NCBI GenBank assembly: GCA_012295275.1
Contig: CM022673.1
Coordinates: 6,882,001 to 6,946,000, forward strand
Direction of reading: 5' to 3'
Length of the DNA: 64,000 nt
DNA from: Chrysomallon squamiferum
Lineage: Eukaryota; Animalia; Mollusca
Shown here: piece after piece, positions 55,765-64,000 of the stretch
How positions within the stretch are numbered: the first letter of the stretch is position 1
How the letters are laid out: each line of letters opens with the position of its first letter
Notes under the pieces: model-generated
What the model was told of the DNA's origin: nothing
The model's database searches: none
Seen by the model: the letters and a program-made list of their open reading frames with translations, nothing else
Translations under genes and position numbers: made by a program

Positions 55765-58700
55765 ATAGATAAATAAATAAATAAATAAATAAACAAATAA
55801 ATAAATAAATACATAAATAAATAAGATAAAATAAAATAAAATAAAAATCGACCAGAAAACAACGTTCACTTAAAAAATGTATTCAACACGTTTTGATTTT
55901 AAATATGTCGTAGAAGTCGATAACACGTTAGTATTGTCGTTTTAGTTTAAAACGTACAAAATACCGCATTCATGAAATAAATAAATGTTTCGTTTATTAA
56001 GTTGTACACAGTTTTAAAATGTTTAATCTGTCTGAAAGTAGAATCTTGTTATGTCACTTTGTTATTTATTTATTTTTTTGTAAAACGTACTCACCTCTTA
56101 GGAATAAAAAAGTATAATACTTTATTATTATGCATACTAATTACTATATTACTGTTTTGAGTGATGTCTCTCCACCCATAACATAGTATAATAATCAAAT
56201 AATGCTATTCCTACATATTTAACATCTCCTTCTTCCTCATTTGCATCCTCTGGCGATATATATACCTGACTGAGCCAGGAGACACTCATGAACAAACTGG
56301 TCCATCCTATGCCCGATGATGTCACGTCTGTGAAAATGGCCAGATATATTTTTGACTTTTGTAGTTAGTGATTGAATTGGGGAAAAACAAAACAAATCAA
56401 TAAGAAAAATTAATAATAATATTAAAAAATATAAAAAAAATTCAATATACTATTACTTCTTTATTTTTGTAGACTGTTTGTACGGCGACAAAACTGATTG
56501 TTCTAAAGAATACTGTGGAAAGGGTTATTCTTTTAAAAACAGGACCATTGCTTATGAAACGTATTGTTGTAAAACATGTGCGCCAGAAACAACAACAATC
56601 ACTACAACGACCGAAACTACTACCAGTACAGCAACCGAATCTACAACATCTACCACGACAGAACCTACAAGTACAACGACCGCACCTACTACAAGTACAA
56701 GGACCGCACCTACCACAAGTACAACGACCGAACCTACCACAAGTACAACCACCGAACCTACCACAACTACAACGACCGAACCTACAACAAGTACAACGAC
56801 AGAAACTACCACAAGTACAACGACCGCACCTACAACAAGTACAACGACCGCACCTACAACAAGTACAACGACCGCACCTACCACAAGTACAACGACCGAA
56901 CCTACCACAAGTACAACGACCGCACCTACCACAAGTACAACGACCGCACCTACCACAAGTACAACGACCGCACCTACTACAAGCACAACGACCGCACCTA
57001 CCACAAGCACAACGACCGCACCTACCACAAGCACAACGACCGCACCTACCACAAGTACAACGACCGAACCTACAACAAGTTCAATGACCGCACCTACAAC
57101 AAGTTCAACGACCGCACCTACAACAAGTACAACGACCGCACCTACCACAAGTACAACGACCGAACCTACCACACGTACAACGACCGAACCTACCACAAGT
57201 ACAACGACCGAACCTACCACACGTACAACGACCGAACCTACCACAAGTACAACGACCGAACCTACCACAAGTACAACGACTGCACCTACCACAAGTACAA
57301 CGACCGCACCTACCACAAGTACAACGACCGCACCTACCACAAGTACAACGACCGAACCTACCACAAGTACAACGATCGCACTTACAACAAGTACAACGAC
57401 CGTACCTACCACAAGTACAACGACCGAACCTACCACAAGTACAACGACCGCACCTACCACAAGTACAACGACCGCACCTACCACAAGTACAACGACAAAA
57501 CCCACCACAAGTACAACGACGGAAACTACAACAAGTACAACGATCGCACTTACAACAAGTACAACGACCGCACCTACTACAAGTACGACGACCGCACCTA
57601 CCACAAGTACAACGACCGAACCTACAACAAGTTCAATGACCGCACCTACAACAAGTTCAACGACCGCACCTACAACAAGTACAACGACCGCACCTACCAC
57701 AAGTACAACGACCGAACCTACCACACGTACAACGACCGAACCTACCACAAGTACAACGACCGAACCTACCACGTACAACGACCGAACCTACCACAAGTAC
57801 AACGACCGAACCTACCACAAGTACAACGACTGCACCTACCACAAGTGACAACGACCGCACCTACCACAAGTACAACGACCGCACCTACCACAAGTACAAC
57901 GACCGAACCTACCACAAGTACAACGATCGCACTTACAACAAGTACAACGACCGTACCTACCACAAGTACAACGACCGAACCTACCACAAGTACAACGACC
58001 GCACCTACCACAAGTACAACGACCGCACCTACCACAAGTACAACGACAAAACCCACCACAAGTACAACGACGGAAACTACAACAAGTACAACGATCGCAC
58101 TTACAACAAGTACAACGACCGCACCTACTACAAGTACGACGACCGCACCTACCACAAGTACAACGACCGAACCTACCACAAATACAACGACCGCACCTAC
58201 CACAAGTACAACGACCGGACCTACCACAAGTACAACGACCGAACCTACCACAAGTACAACGACCGAACCTACCACAAGAACAACGACCGCACCTACCACA
58301 AGTACAACGACAACACCTACCACAAGTACAACGACCGAACCTACAACAAGAACAACGACAACAGCTACCACAAGTACAACGACCGCACCTACCACAAGTA
58401 CATCGACCGAACCTACAACAAGTACAACGACCGAACCTACAACAAGAACAACGACGGAACCTACAACAAGAGCAACGACCGCACCTACCACAAGAACAAC
58501 GACCGCACCTACCACAAGTACAACGACCGCACCTACCACAACAACAACGACCGAACCTACCACAAGTACAACGACAAAACCTACCATAAGTACAACGACC
58601 GAACCTACCACAAGTACAACGACCGCACCTACCACAAGTACGACGACCGCACCTACCACAACAACAACGACCGAACCTACCACAAGCACAACGACGGAAA

Positions 58701-61700
58701 CTACCACAACTACGAAGAAAGAACCGACAACAAGCACCACGACCGAACCTACAGAAAAAACAACAACCGAACCTACCACAAGTACAACGATGGAAACTAC
58801 CACGAGTACAATGACCGAACCTACTACAAGTACCACGACCGAATCCACCACCAATACAACGAGCCAACCCACTACAAGTAACACTAACGAACCCACCACA
58901 AGTATCAATACCGAACCTACCACTAGTACAACAACGGAAACTACCACAAGTACAACAACGGAAATTACCATAAGTACCACAAGTAGAACGACCGAACCAA
59001 CCACAGGTACCAGGACCGAACCTACCGCAATTACAACGACCGAACCTACAACAAGAGCAACGACCGCACCTACCAGAAATACCCCGACAGAACCTACCAC
59101 AAATACCACGGCTGAATCTACCACAAGTACAGCGACCGAATCTACCACAAGTACAACAACCGAACCCACCATAAATACAACAACCGAACCTACCACCAGT
59201 ACAACAACCGAACCTACCACAAGTACAGCGACCGAAGCTACCACAAGTACAGAAAACGAACCTACCACAACTACTACGACAGAATCTAGCACCAGTACAG
59301 CAACCGAACCTACCACCAGTACAACAACCGAACCTACCACAAGTACAACAACCGAACCTACCACAAGTACAGAAAACGAACCTACCACAACTACTACGAC
59401 AGAATCAAGCACCAGTACAACAACCGAACCTACCACCAGTACAACAACCAAACCTACCACAAGTACAACGACGGAAACTACAACAAGTACAACGATCGCA
59501 CTTACAACAAGTACAACGACCGCACCTACTACAAGTACGACGACCGCACCTACCACAAGTACAACGACCGAACCTACCACAAATACAACGACCGCACCTA
59601 CCACAAGTACAACGACCGGACCTACCACAAGTACAACGACCGAACCTACCACAAGTACAACGACCGAACCTACCACAACTACAACGACCGAACCTACCAC
59701 AAGTACAACGACGGAAACTACAACAAGTACAACGACCGCACCTACTACAAGTACGACGACAGCACCTACCACAAGTACAACGACCGAACCTACCACAAGT
59801 ACAACGACCGCACCTACCACAAGTACAACGACCGAACCTACCACAAGTACAACGACCGAACCTACCCCAAGTACAACGACCGCACCTACCACAAGTACAA
59901 CGACCGCACCTACCACAAGTACAATGACCGCACCTACCACAAGTACAACGACCGCACCTACCACAAGTACAACGACCGCACCTACCACAAGTACAACGAC
60001 AACACCTACCACAAGTACAACGACCGAACCTACAACAAGAACAACGACAACACCTACAACAAGTACAACGACCGAACCTACAACAAGAACAACGACAACA
60101 GCTACCACAAGTACAACGACCGCACCTACCACAAGTACATCGACCGAACCTACAACAAGTACAACGACCGAACCTACAACAAGAACAACGACGGAACCTA
60201 CAACAAGAGCAACGACCGCACCTACCACAAGAACAACGACCGCACCTACCACAAGTACAACGACCGCACCTACCACAACAACAACGACCGAACCTACCAC
60301 AAGTACAACGACAAAACCTACCATAAGTACAACGACCGAACCTACCACAAGTACAACGACCGCACCTACCACAAGTACGACGACCGCACCTACCACAACA
60401 ACAACGACCGAACCTACCACAAGCACAACGACGGAAACTACCACAACTACGAAGAAAGAACCGACAACAAGCACCACGACCGAACCTACAGAAAAAACAA
60501 CAACCGAACCTACCACAAGTACAACGATGGAAACTACCACGAGTACAATGACCGAACCTACTACAAGTACCACGACCGAATCCACCACCAATACAACGAG
60601 CCAACCCACTACAAGTAACACTAACGAACCCACCACAAGTATCAATACCGAACCTACCACTAGTACAACAACGGAAACTACCACAAGTACAACAACGGAA
60701 ATTACCATAAGTACCACAAGTAGAACGACCGAACCAACCACAGGTACCAGGACCGAACCTACCGCAATTACAACGACCGAACCTACAACAAGAGCAACGA
60801 CCGCACCTACCAGAAATACCCCGACAGAACCTACCACAAATACCACGGCTGAATCTACCACAAGTACAGCGACCGAATCTACCACAAGTACAACAACCGA
60901 ACCCACCATAAATACAACAACCGAACCTACCACCAGTACAACAACCGAACCTACCACAAGTACAGCGACCGAACCTACCACAAGTACAGAAAACGAACCT
61001 ACCACAACTACTACGACAGAATCTAGCACCAGTACAGCAACCGAACCTACCACCAGTACAACAACCGAACCTACCACAAGTACAACAACCGAACCTACCA
61101 CAAGTACAGAAAACGAACCTACCACAACTACTACGACAGAATCAAGCACCAGTACAACAACCGAACCTACCACCAGTACAACAACCAAACCTACCACAAG
61201 TACAACGTCCGAACCTACCACAAGTACAACAACCGAACGTACCACAAGTACAACAACCGAACGTACCACAAGTACAACGACGAAAACTACCACCACTACA
61301 ACGAAGGAAACTACCACAAGTAGCACGACCGAACCTACCACCACTACAAGGACCCAACCCACCACAAGTGCAACGACCCAAACTACCACAAGAGCAACAA
61401 CCGAACCAACAACAAGTAGCACGGCCGAACCTACCACCACTACAAGGACCCAACCCACCACAAGTGAAACGACCCAAACTACCACAAAAGCAACAACCGA
61501 ACCAACAACAAGTACAACGACAGAAACTACCACCAGTACAACAACCGAATCGAGCACCAGTACAATGACGGAAACTACCTCAAGTGCAACAACGACTGAA
61601 CCGACCACAAGTACAACGACGAAGGAATCTTGTTTTGATTCTGGCTACTTTGAAGGACTGAACTGTTCTCAGTATGTCGACATGAAAGGCAGTTTTGTGT

Positions 61701-62303
61701 GCTATGAAAGCAGAGTGGAGAAAGAATGCTGTGCCAAATGTGCAAGTGTCGCAACTTCTGTTGAAGGTAAAATAAAATTCTGAAGCATACATTACTTAAA
61801 GTGTGGTATAAACTGGATAACCAATAATAGTTGCATGATTAGAATCATCATTAACCCAACACTTAAACATTACAATATAAACAAAACGAAGTTCTTATTC
61901 ATACTTATTGCATTGTGCAGCAGTAATTAAATTATTATCTTGAATCGTATTCTTTAAACATCAATACAGGATATTTACATAAATAACTAATTTGTTTTCT
62001 ACTTTAATTTTACAGTGGTTATTATTTTTGTCTTCCACCACAATCGCGCGCTCACATACGCTGGTAAACAGATCAATGCTGTTGTATTTTTGTACAGGTT
62101 GCAAGTATGGCGACAGAGATCCACGGATTTGTCGTAGGGTTACTTCGCAATGGATCGGCTGTTTCGTGGAGAATACTCTCTGCTGCATGTCCTGTAAGAA
62201 AACATCTGGGGCTTCTAGTTCACAAGCAAGTTATTCTACAGGACTGACAACGTTTTTAGCTTCAATATTTTTACTTTACAAGCAAGTTACTCTACAGAAC
62301 TGA
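42781..62303 (+). CDS. ADAMTS/MIG-17-like M12B (reprolysin) metalloprotease with 4 PLAC-like modules, very long mucin stalk and GPI-like tail, copy B (frameshifts as assembled)
   Basis: Exons: 42781-42859 (signal peptide), 43764-43987, 44697-44783, 45989-46130, 48897-49008 (furin site RNKR, then YIDILTVIDY), 49569-49665, 49836-49913, 50313-50461 (DHVMLFSG), 50983-51032, 51383-51494 (GLAYLSQMC...ATHELGHS), 53267-53437 (LGAKHDG...YIMA...WTFSNCS), 54365-54499 (+2 nt at about 54387; FPGQKYSPDVQC), 54794-54913 (AARGTTCGNKK), 55244-55295 (WCVNGLCV), 55495-55647, 56473-61766, 62098-62303. The HELGHSLGAKH zinc motif and Met-turn are intact. Confidence 0.85.
47200..48440 (-). mobile_element. Decayed Chapaev3-like (CMC superfamily) DNA transposase in intron 4 of copy B
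   Basis: Minus-strand fragments occur in the expected order: ITYPDIPSSIARVPHSEEL, YNWNIC...YAKHSCFLCLW, LHIKYRLAKQLLKVLNKKGE, SFREVVETFLVNNK, ISLKFHFLHSHLNFFSENKCDITEEYGERFHQNISTMERRYQ. Many frameshifts. The family assignment rests on recalled motifs. Confidence 0.75.
51383..53437 (+). CDS. Exons encoding the zinc-binding motif HELGHSLGAKHD and the Met-turn of copy B
   Basis: 51383-51494 ends CAT GAA CTT GGA CAC AG|GT. 53267-53437 begins AG|T TTG GGA GCT AAA CAC GAC. Confidence 0.92.
51654..51887 (+). repeat. 17-bp minisatellite (TTGAACTAACACATTAC), about 14 units, in intron 10 of copy B
   Basis: Tandem units are directly visible. Confidence 0.9.
56590..61622 (+). repeat. Coding 24-bp tandem repeat (TTSTTTEP/TTSTTTAP), the mucin domain of copy B, about 5 kb
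   Basis: ACCACAAGTACAACGACCGAACCT units with higher-order block duplications. Confidence 0.95.
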
Positions 62304-62510
62304 TAACGTTTTTAGCTTCAATATTTTTACTTTACAAGCAAGTTATTCTACAGGACTGACAACGTTTTTAGCTTCAATATTTTTACTTTACAAGCAAGTT
62401 ATTCTACAGAACTGACAACGTTTTTAGCTTCAATATTTTTACTTTACAAGCAAGTTATTCTACAGGACTGACAATGTTTTTAGCTTCAATACTTCTACTT
62501 TACAAGCAAG
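62222..62510 (+). repeat. 56-bp tandem repeat (about 5 units) overlapping the stop codon and 3' UTR of copy B
   Basis: Units start at 62222, 62278, 62334, 62390 and 62446. Confidence 0.9.
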
Positions 62511-62759
62511 CATCAGATAAACTGTACTTTGCTCAATATCAAATGATGAAGTTCTAAATATTGATAGTATTAATAAATTCAATTACAAAACGTTTTCACT
62601 GATGTTTTGTGCTCAATGACAACACCCCGGAAAGAATCGTACCACTTACTGATTACTTCTACTTTACGCAGTTGTTATGGATTTACAAGCAATACCGAAC
62701 ACCGCAACCCCCCCCCCCGTGAAAAAAAAAAAAAAAAAAAAAAAAACACAAAAACTCAA

Positions 62760-62794
<35 letters not shown>

Positions 62795-63637
62795 AAAAAA
62801 AAATAAAAAAAAAAAAAAATTATATTTGTAAAAATTAATAAACAGCAACAAATATAATAACTTTAGCAAGAGCAACAGCAATAACGACGACAAGAAAGAA
62901 AGAGAGTTACATGAACAGAATATTGAGGTCTACATTTTAATCATTGGAGGTCATTTCCAAAATTAAAATTTCCTTATGCACTCACAGATAAACGGACTTG
63001 ATTTTGAAGATGTCATCTGCTGCCTTCTGTAACATTCACCGGGTAGATTTTTATTCACCTATGCGATGTTCGCTGAAAACAAAATATGTATTTTAATTTG
63101 TTTACAGTGTATAGTTATAACTAGATTAATTTTTATTTTATATAATTATTTTCACACACATACACAAACATTTATCTTTCAGTTTACATACTTGTGAGAA
63201 AATTGTCAAAATGACAGAACTGTATGAACAACGCATTATCAAATACTTATAACAACAACAACAATAAGAAAAACAGCGACAACAACATCAACAACTGAGG
63301 TAACAAACGACCACATTGTTACAACGACATTCAAAGTTTTGAAAATGACAGAACGATATTCTTTTTTTTTTAAACAAGACAGTTTTGAGTAAAAAGCTAA
63401 TATGTTTCTAGTTCATTTATAAACGGTGTCTCCTGGTATAAATACTTGTATTAACCATTTCAGATTAATGAAAGGTCTAGGGCAATAGCCTAGTTATGTC
63501 TTACAAGGCAAAATGGTCGTTTTAATAATATCTTTGGTTCGTAACATCTATGAAATAATAATAAAAAACTATTACTTTAACTGTCGCAATAGAGAGAGAG
63601 AGAAAGATGTATGTATGTATGTATGTATGTATGTATG

Positions 63638-63709
<72 letters not shown>

Positions 63710-63749
63710 GTTGAATATTCATTATTTTGTTTGATTCCAGTTATCGTGA

Positions 63750-64000
63750 ACAAATCCACTCACAAAACGTTAATGACAATATGAAGTTTGCAAAATAAGA
63801 GATCAATGGTTGAAAATATCTGTCATTATATGAATCATTAAAACTATATATATATTTGTACGTATATAAAAAAAACAAAAACAAAAAAACAAACAAAACC
63901 GTAACGAAACAAACAAACACAAACAAACAATCAAGAAAAACAACTTTTACGCAGTAATTATGATAATGGGAATGTAAATTATAAGACTGAATGTAATAGG
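63750..64000 (+). promoter_or_regulatory. Paralogue of the copy B upstream region; probable promoter of a further array member beyond the window
   Basis: Aligns to 42400-42697 (GCAAAATAAGAGAT.AATGGTTGAAAATATCTGTCAT and TAAATTATAAG.CTGAATGTAAT.GG), which ends about 85 bp before ATG 42781. Confidence 0.7.

Noticed and set aside
56576-57850. (YNDRTYHK)n Tyr/His/Lys-rich repeat protein at the N-terminus of the 1735-aa ORF, and the similar ORF 36084-37208, superficially like adhesive proteins
   Set aside because: This is a shadow frame of the Thr-rich repeat. The splice phase and flanking Cys modules fix the mucin frame, and the 1735-aa ORF is a chimera created by the frameshifts at about 57771 and 57847.
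57766-61608. Long minus-strand Val-rich and (CTCGRFGR)n ORFs, also at 36060-37241 and 56552-57778
   Set aside because: These are antisense readings of the stop-free 24-bp mucin repeat.

Overview
AT-rich, microsatellite-dense animal genomic DNA, probably a mollusc (inferred from the repeat and gene types). All genes are spliced and lie on the + strand. (1) An ESE/ELF3-EHF-ELF5-type ETS transcription factor with PNT/SAM, AT-hook and ETS domains (3592-8323). Upstream of it is a 36-bp minisatellite whose unit is an in-frame ATG, 8 more codons and a GTAAGT splice donor. (2) A small 6-exon gene (16928-20384) for a 187-aa secreted, probably GPI-anchored protein with two 6-Cys repeats spaced like neuritin/RGM-N. 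(3) A tandem array of 17-exon reprolysin (M12B) ADAMTS/MIG-17-like metalloprotease genes that lack TSP1 repeats but carry four PLAC-like modules, a Thr-rich mucin stalk and a GPI-like tail. The array has copy A (23823-37971), a three-exon relic (39323-41450), copy B (42781-62303) and the promoter of a further copy at the window end. As assembled, A and B carry disabling lesions in different exons, some of which may be assembly errors. Chapaev-like and MULE transposase relics and a decayed SINE are also present. All gene models were read by eye and are not confirmed by transcripts.
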